Assembly (NCBI GenBank): GCA_003141835.1
Contig: PLNR01000006.1
Location: 78,558 to 142,557 of the forward strand
Origin: Candidatus Omnitrophota bacterium
Lineage (GTDB): Bacteria; Omnitrophota; Gorgyraeia; Pluralincolimonadales; Pluralincolimonadaceae
Direction: 5' to 3'
DNA: 64,000 nt
A model generated the notes under the pieces. It saw only the letters and a list, made by a program, of their open reading frames with translations, had not been told where the DNA came from and searched no databases. The position numbers were made by a program, and so were the translations under genes. This document shows positions 33,616 through 44,193 of the stretch, piece by piece; position 1 is the stretch's first letter; each line of letters begins with the position of its first letter.

Positions 33616-36600
33616 TTATTTCCTCCATTCTGTTTTTTATGTCTCTCGGGATCGAGAACATACTCGTAGAAGTTTAGAACATCAGAATAATACTCGTCCA
33701 TCATGCTTCCATGGTTTCTTATGCCATAGGGATGATTGTTTTCGTTTAAGAATAATGACCAATTTTCGAAATTCGCTAGACCTGATTCGGCTGCATTCAA
33801 TCCAAGGGGCGCTCTTAAAGCTTCTTGTGGAAAAATGAAGCCAATTGGATTTCTATTAATTAGATTATAATCGTTATCCAGGGGCGTCTCAAGCCCAGAC
33901 AAGCAATTATTCGTTAACCAAGCATCTTTTAACGCCTTGTCTTTCTCAGAATAAGTATTATAAACTTTTTTTACTACCGTGGCGTCTATTCCGTACATAT
34001 TATCAAAATAGTATCCTCTTCTCTTTGGGTCGTATCCGGAAAATGTTTCCCCTGGAACTGCCGCTTCAGCCAATATAAGATTATTTAGAGTTATCTTGTT
34101 TTCAACTGGTTTTTTTGCGTTCTCAACCGCAATCAATCTTATCGCATAAGAAATCGCATTATTGCCCAGCGAATGCGCGCTTAAATTAATATTGGCGTTG
34201 GGGTATTTGTTTCTATAAGTCGTTAGTATATCAGCAACGATCTGGCCGGATTGAAACGAATTAATCCAATCCGCATTGAAGGCTAATTGAGTCCAGCCTT
34301 CATGCGCGTGCCATGTAATTCCGATAAAGGCTCCTCGGTAACCGGTCCTGTACATCCTCTTAAATATAGTATCGGTAACTACCTTTGCCTGTTTGGCATC
34401 GCTGTAATAACCATGGGTCCAAAATACTACCTCTTTAGGGTTATCAGGATAAATGTGACCGGTCTCATGATTATAGAGATATCTGTATATGCCATTATTA
34501 TCCTTCTCCGGACCCTGCATTTTATTATCAGTAATAATCTCTTTGCTTGAAACGGCATTTCCATATCCTACGGTATTATACCTAACGTTACAAAACAAAT
34601 ACATATCATTAAGGTCTTTTAAAGTGATAACCGCCTCATCCAAAACCACCCTCTTTTTATCTTGGCCTACGCCTAACTCTACCTCTAATGTGAGTTTGAG
34701 CTCTCCTGTGGAGACGCCTTCGAAGATACCGTAGAAATTGCCTTCGGAATTGAACCACATAGGATCAAGAATTATCTCATTTTTGTCATCCTTATCCGGA
34801 ATAGAAAATTCCATTTCTTTTATAAATTGTTGTTTTGCGTAGTGCAAATCTGTTAAATAGGCGTCGTTTACTCTTTCAAAAACCCTTATTCTGCCCGTTC
34901 CTTTGGCTTTTAGATAGAATTTTACATTCTGGTTGGTAGTCCATTCCTTAATGTTGGGTATTGATAGATTAATTGGCATAAAGTCCTCGAGATCGCGGAT
35001 GCCATTTATCTTACCATCAAAAGCATCGGCTGCGCCGCTCGCCAAATTAGGATCATTGTCATCGGAATGGATCGTTGACTCATTATAATCATCGTCATCA
35101 TTCACCCACAACACGCACCCCGGCGCGACCTGCTCGACGGCATTATCATCACCGCCCAGGAAGCCGTCGTTATTGGAGTCTACGAGGATGTCGCCTTCAA
35201 GAGTTTGCATGTCATAACAAGTAAAACTTCTTCTATACCACCCGTAGCTCCAAGACACGCCGTCATCATGGCTGATGCCGTAGGCGGGCGCTTCCATGGT
35301 TATATCGATATCGGTATCGGGATTAGGGTTCTCCATAATAATATATGCCGGCCTCTTGAAAACTGTGTCTTGATGCAATCCTCCCGCGGGATCGGAGATT
35401 AACTTATGCGCTGGATCGAATAAGGCAACTAAAGGGTATTTGCCGTTTATTTTGTATTTTGAAGGATCGAGTGAAAGTTGGCTATTGCCCGTGATCATAG
35501 GTTCGGTCTCGATAAAATGGCAGTCCTTGAATATGACGATAAAGGGCCTTTCCTTTAACGGCGGAGAATGAATAGTTGTAATTAACTTGCCCCAGCCTCT
35601 TCCGGGACGCCCATAATATTCCCATGGTTCACTAACAGGATACATTAACCAGGGAACCTCCGAGACATAGCAGTATGACGATATGCCGCTACCATATACA
35701 AAACCGCCGGCGGAACCGTATCGATTAAAAGGCGGACCGGCTGGGAAATGCTCACGGAAATTGAAGTTTATATCCGACCAGCCAAGAAAAGGCGGCTCCC
35801 TCAAGAAATCGCTATTGAATGCCTGAGCGTAGATGTTCTCAAGCTTTATCTCCTTGACGGTCCCCCACCAGTTGATGTCTGTTTCACGATGGTAAGGATC
35901 ATTAGGCTTCTCGGCATAAACGGGAGGAAACACATAAGATTCGCCTGTCGAATATAGTTTCACAAACAACTGATAATAATAAAACGTTATCTTCTCTTCG
36001 GTAACATGCCCGCTATCATCGGTTACCTGCGCGGTGAGGATGTTTTTCCCGGAATGCGTGACGGGATCGACCTTCATAATGATATAATCCGGTGAGTCGC
36101 TTTCAATATTCCTGCGGCGCGCTTCTCCCGGGGAAATAAGCGTCGGACCCGTAAAGGTAGAACTGGCTTGATCTATCGTGCATTGCTGGCCGCCTATAGT
36201 TATGTTTCTTACGTGGGCGGTTCCACTGAACCTGCCGCCTATTTGAAGGGCATTTTCGGTTATGATCTGGTCTTTATAGGGAGAAGAAAAAGACAGTATC
36301 GGCTCGCCATTATAATAATCTTCTTTATTATTGGGAGCCGGTGTTTGCGTTTGGGCGACATCAGCCTGGGAACTTGGGTTATTGACGGCGTCGGCTCCGG
36401 TGGTAACGCCGCCTGTTATCTGCTGGATAACGGAAATGACTTGCGAATTATCATTCTTAATACTATAACCCGAAGTTGCTGGCGTTGGGGCAGGCGCAAT
36501 ATCAATAGGCGAACTGTTAGACGCGGTAACCGCCGGTGTAAAACCCTCTGCTACGATGGCAGTATCTGTTGACGGAACTTTTTTAGCTTCTGTCTCATTA

Positions 36601-37022
36601 GTTCCTGTCGCTTCCAGGAGTTTTCCGGCCTCGTCCTTTAATTCTTCTTTACGATATAGCGAATAAGAATAAAACTTCCTTTTACCGGTCGAATCAAGTA
36701 TCTCAAATAGGAAGACATTTTTTCCTATTGATAACGGCAGGTTAGATATCGTGAATTTGGATCCTCTAAATTTGACCGGCTTGCCGTCTATCCGCAAAGA
36801 TAAGATATTTGATCCTGTCACTATACGGCCGCTGATATCTACCGTTTTGGTATCTATTATAGAGAAGGCTGGCGGAACTATCGATTCCAGGGTTGGTAAG
36901 CGATAATTTATGCCCTCGTGAGCATAAGAAGGCGTAAAAAATAGCGTCAATGACGCTAACGCGACAAATATAACTGCGGCTATTCTCTTGTACATAGGAG
37001 AAATTAATATACAATATTCCAC
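33612..37022 (-). CDS. Large secreted multidomain protein with C-terminal lipase-like alpha/beta-hydrolase (DUF900/PGAP1-like) domain
   Basis: 1136 aa with a GTG start in the track. Signal peptide MYKRIAAVIFVALASLTLFFTPSYA. Asp-rich putative Ca-binding stretch DSNNDGFLGGDDN...VNDDDDYNE. The C-terminal domain has THGYYSD...NLSAHSLGNNA, a GxSxG-type nucleophile elbow. GC content is clearly lower than the flanking DNA. Confidence 0.55.
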   Translation of the reverse strand: MEYCILISPMYKRIAAVIFVALASLTLFFTPSYAHEGINYRLPTLESIVPPAFSIIDTKTVDISGRIVTGSNILSLRIDGKPVKFRGSKFTISNLPLSIGKNVFLFEILDSTGKRKFYSYSLYRKEELKDEAGKLLEATGTNETEAKKVPSTDTAIVAEGFTPAVTASNSSPIDIAPAPTPATSGYSIKNDNSQVISVIQQITGGVTTGADAVNNPSSQADVAQTQTPAPNNKEDYYNGEPILSFSSPYKDQIITENALQIGGRFSGTAHVRNITIGGQQCTIDQASSTFTGPTLISPGEARRRNIESDSPDYIIMKVDPVTHSGKNILTAQVTDDSGHVTEEKITFYYYQLFVKLYSTGESYVFPPVYAEKPNDPYHRETDINWWGTVKEIKLENIYAQAFNSDFLREPPFLGWSDINFNFREHFPAGPPFNRYGSAGGFVYGSGISSYCYVSEVPWLMYPVSEPWEYYGRPGRGWGKLITTIHSPPLKERPFIVIFKDCHFIETEPMITGNSQLSLDPSKYKINGKYPLVALFDPAHKLISDPAGGLHQDTVFKRPAYIIMENPNPDTDIDITMEAPAYGISHDDGVSWSYGWYRRSFTCYDMQTLEGDILVDSNNDGFLGGDDNAVEQVAPGCVLWVNDDDDYNESTIHSDDNDPNLASGAADAFDGKINGIRDLEDFMPINLSIPNIKEWTTNQNVKFYLKAKGTGRIRVFERVNDAYLTDLHYAKQQFIKEMEFSIPDKDDKNEIILDPMWFNSEGNFYGIFEGVSTGELKLTLEVELGVGQDKKRVVLDEAVITLKDLNDMYLFCNVRYNTVGYGNAVSSKEIITDNKMQGPEKDNNGIYRYLYNHETGHIYPDNPKEVVFWTHGYYSDAKQAKVVTDTIFKRMYRTGYRGAFIGITWHAHEGWTQLAFNADWINSFQSGQIVADILTTYRNKYPNANINLSAHSLGNNAISYAIRLIAVENAKKPVENKITLNNLILAEAAVPGETFSGYDPKRRGYYFDNMYGIDATVVKKVYNTYSEKDKALKDAWLTNNCLSGLETPLDNDYNLINRNPIGFIFPQEALRAPLGLNAAESGLANFENWSLFLNENNHPYGIRNHGSMMDEYYSDVLNFYEYVLDPERHKKQNGGNK

Positions 37023-37073
37023 CTTCCTTGTCTAGTAAATTTAATTGCTTTTTTGGGGTAATATTTTTGGGGA

Positions 37074-37652
37074 TTAGGCAAAGAGGTCAATATCTATTTT
37101 TTTAAGCATCTTTGCCAACTTTGCGAGCGGCAGGCCGATGACATTATTAAAGCAGCCTTCTATCCTGTTGATGAATATACTGCCTAATCCCTGTATATCG
37201 AAACTTCCCGCCTTATCGAGCGGCGAGACCTTCCTGAAATAATTCTTTATCTGCCTGTCGCTTAACCGGTACATATAGATCTTCGTCTTCTCATAATCTG
37301 TAAGGACTTTTTTATTATCAATATCTATGACCGCCATCCCGGTATAGACCCATTGGGGCCTGCGCGAGATGAGCTTTAACGTCCTGAACGCGTCGTCGAG
37401 GTCCTTCGGTTTGCCGATTATCTTCTTGCCGGAGAGGACGACCGTATCGGCCGCGATGACGATTCCGGAGCGGTACCTTTTCGCGGCGTCTTTCGCTTTT
37501 TTCAGCGCGTTATCCATGACCAGGTCAGCGCAGCCGCTTTTAAGGCGCATATCCTCTTTAACATCGGACTTCGCGGAAATAAAACGCAGGCCTATCTGTT
37601 TGAGAAGCCGCTGTCTTTGTTTGGATTGCGACGCTAAAATTATTTTTCGCAC
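37074..37652 (-). CDS. maf: Maf-like nucleoside triphosphate pyrophosphatase
   Basis: 192 aa. N-terminal ILASQSKQRQRLL and the conserved acidic motifs of the Maf/Ham1 fold. Confidence 0.85.
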   Translation of the reverse strand: MRKIILASQSKQRQRLLKQIGLRFISAKSDVKEDMRLKSGCADLVMDNALKKAKDAAKRYRSGIVIAADTVVLSGKKIIGKPKDLDDAFRTLKLISRRPQWVYTGMAVIDIDNKKVLTDYEKTKIYMYRLSDRQIKNYFRKVSPLDKAGSFDIQGLGSIFINRIEGCFNNVIGLPLAKLAKMLKKIDIDLFA

Positions 37653-38905
37653 GACGCGCTCTCCCCTGCCAAATAACCCGTCGAAAACGCCTGCTGGAGG
37701 TTATAACCGCCGCTCGGAGCGGTCAAGTCTATTATCTCTCCGGCAAAATACAAGCCCGGAATGATACGCGACTCCATCGTGCGCGGGTTGATGTCCTTGA
37801 CCGGGATGCCGCCGCACGTGACCATCGCCTCCTCGAGCGGTAAAGCGCCCGTAATCGTCATCCTGAAATCCTTGAGCAGCGCCGTTATCCCTTCCCTCTC
37901 TCCCTTGGCAAGCTGGTTTATCCTCTTTGCCGGGTCGAGGTTTAGCATCGACGCGAATACCGGGATCATCTTCAGCGGCAGCATATCTTTAAGGAGCGTC
38001 TTGATATTTATGCTCCCGTGCTCCTCTATATCACGCAGCATCCTGTTATCGAGCTGCTCCATCGTGAGCCCGGGTTTAAGGTCAATGGAAAGTGAAACTT
38101 CTTTTCTGTCCCCGAGGAGTTCGACGACCTGCGAGCTTAAGTCGAGGACCAGCGGCCCGGAGACGCCGAAATGCGTTAAGAGCATCTCTCCTATCTCGGA
38201 ATGTATTTTCTTGCCGCCGCATTCGAAAGTGATGCGCACGTTCTTGAGCGTCAGCCCCTGCATCTCGATCACCCAGGGTTCTTTGGTCTTTAACGGCACG
38301 AGACCGGGCCTTAAAGGGTTAAAGGTGTGTCCGAGCAATTTCGCGAAATGGAAACCGTCGCCGGTGGAGCCCGTCGCCTTATAGGATGCCCCGCCTGTCG
38401 CGAGGATGAGCCTGTTGGTCCACATCTCTGTCCTGCCTTCGACCTTCAAATGGAATATGCCGGCGTCGTTCCTGATGCCCATCACGCGCGAGCCGGTGAA
38501 GACATTGACGCCGGTCTCGGCGAGCGCTTTCTCGAGGGCCCTGACCACCGACATCGACTTGTCGTCGGACGGGAAGACCCTGCCCTGCCTTTCCGCCTTT
38601 GCCGAGAGGCCGTATTCCTTGAAGAAATCGATAAGGTCGTTGTTGAAAAATTCGTAGAACGCCGAACGCAGGAACTGTCCCTGCTTGCCGAATTTCTGCA
38701 TGAACGGATCCATGTCGGCGGTGTTGGTCAGGTTGCACCTGCCCTTGCCGGTTATCAGTATCTTCCTGCCGACAGAGGCGTTCCGCTCGACCAGCGCGAC
38801 GTTCTTTTTTAATTGCGCTGCGCGTATCGCGGCCATCGTGCCGGCCGGCCCGGCTCCGACGACCACGACATCATAATAATCAACGGCAGCCGTGCGGCCG
38901 GTCAT
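37640..38905 (-). CDS. NAD(P)/FAD-dependent oxidoreductase, HI0933/BaiN-like family
   Basis: 421 aa. Dinucleotide motif VVVVGAGPAGTMAA. The GKGRCNLTN motif is typical of the HI0933 family. Confidence 0.85.
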   Translation of the reverse strand: MTGRTAAVDYYDVVVVGAGPAGTMAAIRAAQLKKNVALVERNASVGRKILITGKGRCNLTNTADMDPFMQKFGKQGQFLRSAFYEFFNNDLIDFFKEYGLSAKAERQGRVFPSDDKSMSVVRALEKALAETGVNVFTGSRVMGIRNDAGIFHLKVEGRTEMWTNRLILATGGASYKATGSTGDGFHFAKLLGHTFNPLRPGLVPLKTKEPWVIEMQGLTLKNVRITFECGGKKIHSEIGEMLLTHFGVSGPLVLDLSSQVVELLGDRKEVSLSIDLKPGLTMEQLDNRMLRDIEEHGSINIKTLLKDMLPLKMIPVFASMLNLDPAKRINQLAKGEREGITALLKDFRMTITGALPLEEAMVTCGGIPVKDINPRTMESRIIPGLYFAGEIIDLTAPSGGYNLQQAFSTGYLAGESASCEK

Positions 38906-39489
38906 TTCTTTTTCCTGTTCATGTAAAATATCCTCTTCGTTATTTTATAAGATATGAATATCAATACCAGCAGGCCAACGACGATGATCGTCGGTTTAGT
39001 GTATTTCACGAGGCTCGCGCCGAAGATCGTAAGCAGGATTATCCTCGGTACGACGCCTATAAACGTGCACAGGATGAAAGGCCCTAAAGGGATCTTCGTT
39101 ATCCCCGATGCGATGGAGAATACTTTAAACGGGATGATCGGCAAAAGGCGGCCGACCAGGACACCCCATAGGCCGTGTTTTTTCGCGAATGCTTCGGCTT
39201 TGTCTATGTGGTGGGGCTTTATTAATATATATTTGCCGTACCTTTTGATGACTGGCGCGCCGGCGTATTTCCCGATCATGTACCCGACTATCGCGCCGAG
39301 CGTCGCGCCGAGCGAGCCGAAGACCGTCACCGACCAGAATGAAAGGCCTAGCGCCCCGGCCCCGATTATTATGACCTCCGAGGGCAAGGGAACGATACTC
39401 GACTCGAGGAACATCGCGATAAAGACGCCGAAGTCGCCCAGTTCGGCGACGAGCTTTGTCACATGAGGCTGCATTCCGGCATCTAACAT
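38902..39489 (-). CDS. DedA/SNARE-associated family membrane protein
   Basis: 195 aa. DedA core FLESSIVPLPSEVIII...G...Y..GK..G with 4-5 TM segments. Confidence 0.8.
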   Translation of the reverse strand: MLDAGMQPHVTKLVAELGDFGVFIAMFLESSIVPLPSEVIIIGAGALGLSFWSVTVFGSLGATLGAIVGYMIGKYAGAPVIKRYGKYILIKPHHIDKAEAFAKKHGLWGVLVGRLLPIIPFKVFSIASGITKIPLGPFILCTFIGVVPRIILLTIFGASLVKYTKPTIIVVGLLVLIFISYKITKRIFYMNRKKK

Positions 39490-39526
39490 AGGTAGTATTT
39501 TAACTTCTTTGGGGGGATTTGTCCAT

Positions 39527-39988
39527 CTATCTGAGCGGCGGCGGGGTGAGGTCGACTATATCGCTTACTGTCATCACTATAAGGTACTTCGGCTTCGGGA
39601 ACTGCGCCTCGGGATGCCTCTCGTGGCCCTGCTCGCCCTTCAGGTTCTTGATGAGGCGGTGGGCTATCCTTGCGGTGAGCTTTTCTTCCCAGGCTTTTAT
39701 AATATGCGGTTTCAGCTCTTCCTCTTTTATTATCTTCGCCGTGCCTTTCAGGCTGTAGCCCTTGAATTTATGCTCGTCGACGGCGCTCAAGCTTATCGCG
39801 GGATTCCTCTCGAGGTTAGCGCGCGTCTTTCCGGTATAAAGGTCGAGGAGATATATCGTCCCGTCGGCGTCTATCTTTACTATGCCCTTGCACGAGATAT
39901 GCGGCATCCCGTCAGGGTCTACCGTAGAGACGATGGTAAAATGCTGGCTGTGGAAAAATTTTATGACATCTTCCGGAAGCTTAACCAT
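39527..39988 (-). CDS. Pyridoxamine 5'-phosphate oxidase-like FMN-binding protein
   Basis: 153 aa with split-barrel PNPOx-like hallmarks (FFHSQHFTIVSTVDPDGMPHIS...YLLDLYTGKTRANLERNPAISLS). Start overlaps the RND pump stop. Confidence 0.75.
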   Translation of the reverse strand: MVKLPEDVIKFFHSQHFTIVSTVDPDGMPHISCKGIVKIDADGTIYLLDLYTGKTRANLERNPAISLSAVDEHKFKGYSLKGTAKIIKEEELKPHIIKAWEEKLTARIAHRLIKNLKGEQGHERHPEAQFPKPKYLIVMTVSDIVDLTPPPLR

Positions 39989-42900
39989 CTTTTAACCCTT
40001 TCTTTTTCCAAAGCAGGTATATTGCGGGGTATACGACCAGTTCCATCAAAAATGACGTAAATATGCCGCCCACCATGGGCGCGGCAATCCTCTTCATCAT
40101 ATCCGCCCCGATCTCGTAGGTCTGCGCCCACATTATCGGCAGCAACCCTATGAACAATACGCAGGCGGTCATCATCTTCGGCCTGACCCTTTTTACCGCG
40201 CCGTGGATGATGGCCTCTTTGAGGTCGGCTACCGTATTAAGCAGGCCTTTCTTCTTCATATCCTCGTAAGAGAGGTCGAGATAGAGGAGCATGAATATGC
40301 CGGTCTCTGCGTCGACGCCGAGGAGCGCTATTATGCCCGCCCAGACGCCGATGCTCATATTATAATGCAGCAGCCAAAGTATCCAGACGACGCCTACGAG
40401 GGAGAACGGCACCGCAAGAAGTATTATGAACGTCTTTACGTAACTGCGCGTATTCATGTGAATGAGGAAGAATATTATGAATATCGTGAGCGGCAGGACT
40501 ACCTTCATCCGCTCTTTGACCCTTTCCATAAATTCATACTGGCCGCTGAAAGCTACCGAATATCCGGCGGGAAGCTTCAGCTCTTTCTTCAATATCTTCT
40601 TCGCTTCGTCGACATAACTTCCGATATCCCGGCCGGCGATATCGACATAGACGTAGCCGGCGAGCCGGCCGTTCTCGTCGCGTATCATCGACGGGCCGGT
40701 CGTGATCTTTATATCGGCCAATTGGCCAAGCGGGATATTCGCTCCGCCCGGGGTCGAGATATAAGTCCTCTTTATCTTCTCTATGTCATCCCTCAGTCCG
40801 CGCGGATAACGGATATTTACCGGGAACCTCTCCCGCCCTTCGATCGTCTGGGTGATATTCTCGCCGCCGATAGCCGACATGAGCGTCGTATGCACCTCTT
40901 CGGTCCTCAGTCCGTATCTGGCTATCTCGTCTTTCTTAAGGGTAAAGTCAACAAAGTATCCGCCGGAGGTCCTCTCGGCGTAAATGCTCCTCGTCCCGTT
41001 AAGCCCCTTAAGCAGGCCTTCTATCTCGGTGCCGAGTTTTTCGGTCACTTTCAAGTCGTCGCCGTATATTTTTATCCCGACCGGGGTGCGCACACCGGTC
41101 GTCAGCATGTCTATCCTCGCCTTTATCGGCATAGTCCACGCGTTGACCTGCCCGGGTAGCTGCAGTTTCGCGTCCATCTCGTTTATCAGGCCGTCCCAAG
41201 TCAGGCCCTTCCTCCATTCGTTCTGGGGCTTGAGGTTTACGACCGTCTCCATCATCGAAAATGGCGCCGGGTCGGTGGAACTATCGGCGCGCCCTGCCTT
41301 CCCGAATACGCTTGTCACCTCCGGGAATGTCTTAAGTATCCGGTCCTGCGTTTTAAGCAGTTTCGACGCTTCGGTCACCGAGATCCCGGGCGGCGTAGTC
41401 GGCATATAGAGGACCGTGCCTTCGTTTAAGGGCGGCATGAACTCCTTGCCGAGCGTTAAGAATAGCGGCATTGAAACCAAAAATATTACCGCCGCGCAGG
41501 ATATTATGAAAAACGGCCGCTTCAGGACAAACCGGACGACGGGTTCATACCATTTGAACATGACCCTGCTTACCGGATGTTTCTCTTCCGGTTGGATCTT
41601 CCCGACAAGGACATGGTTGGTAATGCTGCACAACCATTTCGGCCTGAACTTATAGAAATCGAGCCGCGTGAACAGCAGCCTTATCGCCGGGTCGAGCGTT
41701 ATCGCCAGCAGTGCCGCGAAGAACATCGCGAACGTCTTCGTAAATGCCAACGGCTTGAATAACCTTCCCTCTATCCCCTCAAGAGTGAATATCGGCAGGA
41801 AAGCTACGGCTATGACCATCAATGAGAAGAACGACGGCCTGCCCACCTCTTTTATCGACGCGATGAGCACTTCTTTATAATCGCCTTTCCTGCCTTCTTC
41901 CTGCCAGCGCGAGAGGCGTTTATGCGAGTTCTCGACGACCACGATGGCCGCGTCGACCATGGCTCCTATCGCTATGGCTATGCCGCCCAGACTCATCACA
42001 TTCGAGGTGAGCCCCATAAAATACATCGGGATGAACGCGATAGCTACGGCGATCGGAAGCGTGATGATCGGTATGATAGCGGAAGGGATATGGAGCAGGA
42101 ATATAAGTATGATGATGCTTACTACCGCCATTTCTTCGTAGAGTTTCCTTTTTAACGTATCTACCGCCTTGATGATAAGGTCGGACCGGTCGTAAGTGAC
42201 TACGAGTTTCACCCCTTCGGGAAGCTGGATATCCTTTATCTTATCCTTGACCCTCTCGATAACGGCGAGCGCGTTCTCTTTATACCTCATCACGACTATG
42301 CCGCCGACGACTTCGCCCTTGCCGTTCAATTCGGCCACGCCCCTTCTTATCTCGGGGCCGAACTGCACCTTCGCAACATCTTTTATCCTGACCGGGACGC
42401 CGTTCTTATCCGACCGCAGCACGATATCTTCAATGTCCTTAAGGGAGGTTATATAACCTCTCAGCGTCACCATATATTCTTTGCCCGAGAATTCCAAAAG
42501 CCTGGCGCCCGCGTCGTGATTTGATACTTTGAGCGCCATAACGACATCAGTCATGGGTATATTGTAGGCAAGCAGGGCGTTGGGATCGATCATCACCTGG
42601 TATTGTTTCACGAACCCGCCGACGCTCGTCACTTCGGCCACGCCCTTGACCGACTGGAGGGCGTATTTCAAGTGCCAGTTCTGGAATGTGGTCAGGTCCC
42701 GGATGGAATGCTTGCCGCTTTCGTCGACGAGGGCATACTCAAAGACCCATCCGACGCCTGTCGCGTCCGGGCCCAGCTCGGTCTTCGAATCGGCGGGCAG
42801 CTGGGGTATTACTTTCGAAAGATATTCCAGCACCCTTGAACGGGCCCAGTAAACATCCGTGCCATCTTCAAAAATAACATAAACGTATGAGAAACCGTAA

Positions 42901-43166
42901 TCCGAATACGCGCGGATATCTTTTACTTTAGGGGCGCCGAGAAGCGCGGCGACGATGGGATACGTGACCTGGTCCTCGATGAGCTGCGGTGGCCTGTCCC
43001 ATTTAGAAAATACGATGACCTGCGTGTCGGAAAGGTCGGGGATGGCGTCGAGCGGTATATTTTTTATGGCGAACCAGCCGCATAATACGGCGACACCCAC
43101 CATCACCAGGACGATGAACTTGTTCCTGGCGCAAAAATCGATTATCCGGTCTATTATATTTCCCAT
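39981..43166 (-). CDS. Heavy-metal-efflux RND transporter (CusA/CzcA family)
   Basis: 1061 aa, 12-TM RND architecture. N-terminus MGNIIDRIIDFCARNKFIVLV...DAIPDLSDTQVIV is near-canonical for the CusA/CzcA HME family. Confidence 0.9.
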   Translation of the reverse strand: MGNIIDRIIDFCARNKFIVLVMVGVAVLCGWFAIKNIPLDAIPDLSDTQVIVFSKWDRPPQLIEDQVTYPIVAALLGAPKVKDIRAYSDYGFSYVYVIFEDGTDVYWARSRVLEYLSKVIPQLPADSKTELGPDATGVGWVFEYALVDESGKHSIRDLTTFQNWHLKYALQSVKGVAEVTSVGGFVKQYQVMIDPNALLAYNIPMTDVVMALKVSNHDAGARLLEFSGKEYMVTLRGYITSLKDIEDIVLRSDKNGVPVRIKDVAKVQFGPEIRRGVAELNGKGEVVGGIVVMRYKENALAVIERVKDKIKDIQLPEGVKLVVTYDRSDLIIKAVDTLKRKLYEEMAVVSIIILIFLLHIPSAIIPIITLPIAVAIAFIPMYFMGLTSNVMSLGGIAIAIGAMVDAAIVVVENSHKRLSRWQEEGRKGDYKEVLIASIKEVGRPSFFSLMVIAVAFLPIFTLEGIEGRLFKPLAFTKTFAMFFAALLAITLDPAIRLLFTRLDFYKFRPKWLCSITNHVLVGKIQPEEKHPVSRVMFKWYEPVVRFVLKRPFFIISCAAVIFLVSMPLFLTLGKEFMPPLNEGTVLYMPTTPPGISVTEASKLLKTQDRILKTFPEVTSVFGKAGRADSSTDPAPFSMMETVVNLKPQNEWRKGLTWDGLINEMDAKLQLPGQVNAWTMPIKARIDMLTTGVRTPVGIKIYGDDLKVTEKLGTEIEGLLKGLNGTRSIYAERTSGGYFVDFTLKKDEIARYGLRTEEVHTTLMSAIGGENITQTIEGRERFPVNIRYPRGLRDDIEKIKRTYISTPGGANIPLGQLADIKITTGPSMIRDENGRLAGYVYVDIAGRDIGSYVDEAKKILKKELKLPAGYSVAFSGQYEFMERVKERMKVVLPLTIFIIFFLIHMNTRSYVKTFIILLAVPFSLVGVVWILWLLHYNMSIGVWAGIIALLGVDAETGIFMLLYLDLSYEDMKKKGLLNTVADLKEAIIHGAVKRVRPKMMTACVLFIGLLPIMWAQTYEIGADMMKRIAAPMVGGIFTSFLMELVVYPAIYLLWKKKGLKDG

Positions 43167-43167
43167 A

Positions 43168-44193
43168 TTAACGTAACGTGCTCTCCGAATCGATGAAGAA
43201 ATTTCCGGACGTCACGACCTCTTCCCCTTCGGACAGCCCGGAAATGACCTTATAATAATTCCCCGCCTTCACTCCTAATTTAACATCGCGTTTCTCGAAA
43301 TAACCGTCGGGCTTGACTACAAAGACGACCTGCCGCTCACCGGTATCGACCACGGCCTCTTCCGGGACGGCAAGGGCTTCTTCCGGGTCCCCTTTCATGA
43401 CCACATCGACGCGCATCTCAGGTTTGAGTCTATTTCCGGGGTTATCTATCTCAGCCCTCGCGTTTAAAGTCCTTGTCACGGGATCGGCTACAGGCGTCAG
43501 CGCGGCGATCTTCCCTTCAAATCTTTCTCCGGGAAAAGCAACCGCTGTTATTTCCACCGGCATGCCTTCTTTAACGGCTGCGATATCGGATTCGTATATC
43601 GCTATATAGACCCATGCCTTATCGCCCTCTTCCGGCAGGTAGAGGTTCCTCTGCGGCTGCCCTTTCTGCGCTAATTCTTTTATCTGGTCTTTGCTCATCC
43701 CCAGGAGGAGAAGCCGCTTCTCCGCAGCCGCGATCATGGAGTCCATCTGCTGTTTTATGACCGGCAATGTGGAATCCACGGTTAAATCTTTCGCCTTCAG
43801 CGCCTGCAGGTACTCGGCCTGGGCAACGTATAATTCCGGGTCGTAGGCAATCCTTCCCACTGTCCGTATCTCGCGTTCGAGATGCTGCTTGCCGATCTTT
43901 TCTCTCTGTATGCCGACAAGCTCCTGTTTCTCCGGGCTCACGTAAACGCCCTTTGCCGCGCCTGCCGGCTGGGTTTTCTCGTCGTAGACAGGCACATAGT
44001 CCATCCCCATCTGGTCCTTCGCCGGGACCGGGGATGTTATTTGCGGGTTCATTGGATTGCGGTAGTAAAGTATCTTCGGTTTTGCGGATTCCTGCGGCTT
44101 GTTAACCTTACGGCCGGCAGCCGTACCGATAACCGCGGCCGCGGCCACCACCAAAATTATTAAAATGATCTCGATAAAAATATTCTTCTTCAT
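43168..44193 (-). CDS. RND efflux periplasmic adaptor (membrane fusion protein, CusB/CzcB-like)
   Basis: 341 aa. N-terminal TM anchor, then MFP beta-barrel and lipoyl motifs (YYRNPMNPQITSPVPAKDQMGMDYVPV is the CusB-type metal-binding region). Lies 1 nt from the RND gene. Confidence 0.82.
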   Translation of the reverse strand: MKKNIFIEIILIILVVAAAAVIGTAAGRKVNKPQESAKPKILYYRNPMNPQITSPVPAKDQMGMDYVPVYDEKTQPAGAAKGVYVSPEKQELVGIQREKIGKQHLEREIRTVGRIAYDPELYVAQAEYLQALKAKDLTVDSTLPVIKQQMDSMIAAAEKRLLLLGMSKDQIKELAQKGQPQRNLYLPEEGDKAWVYIAIYESDIAAVKEGMPVEITAVAFPGERFEGKIAALTPVADPVTRTLNARAEIDNPGNRLKPEMRVDVVMKGDPEEALAVPEEAVVDTGERQVVFVVKPDGYFEKRDVKLGVKAGNYYKVISGLSEGEEVVTSGNFFIDSESTLR

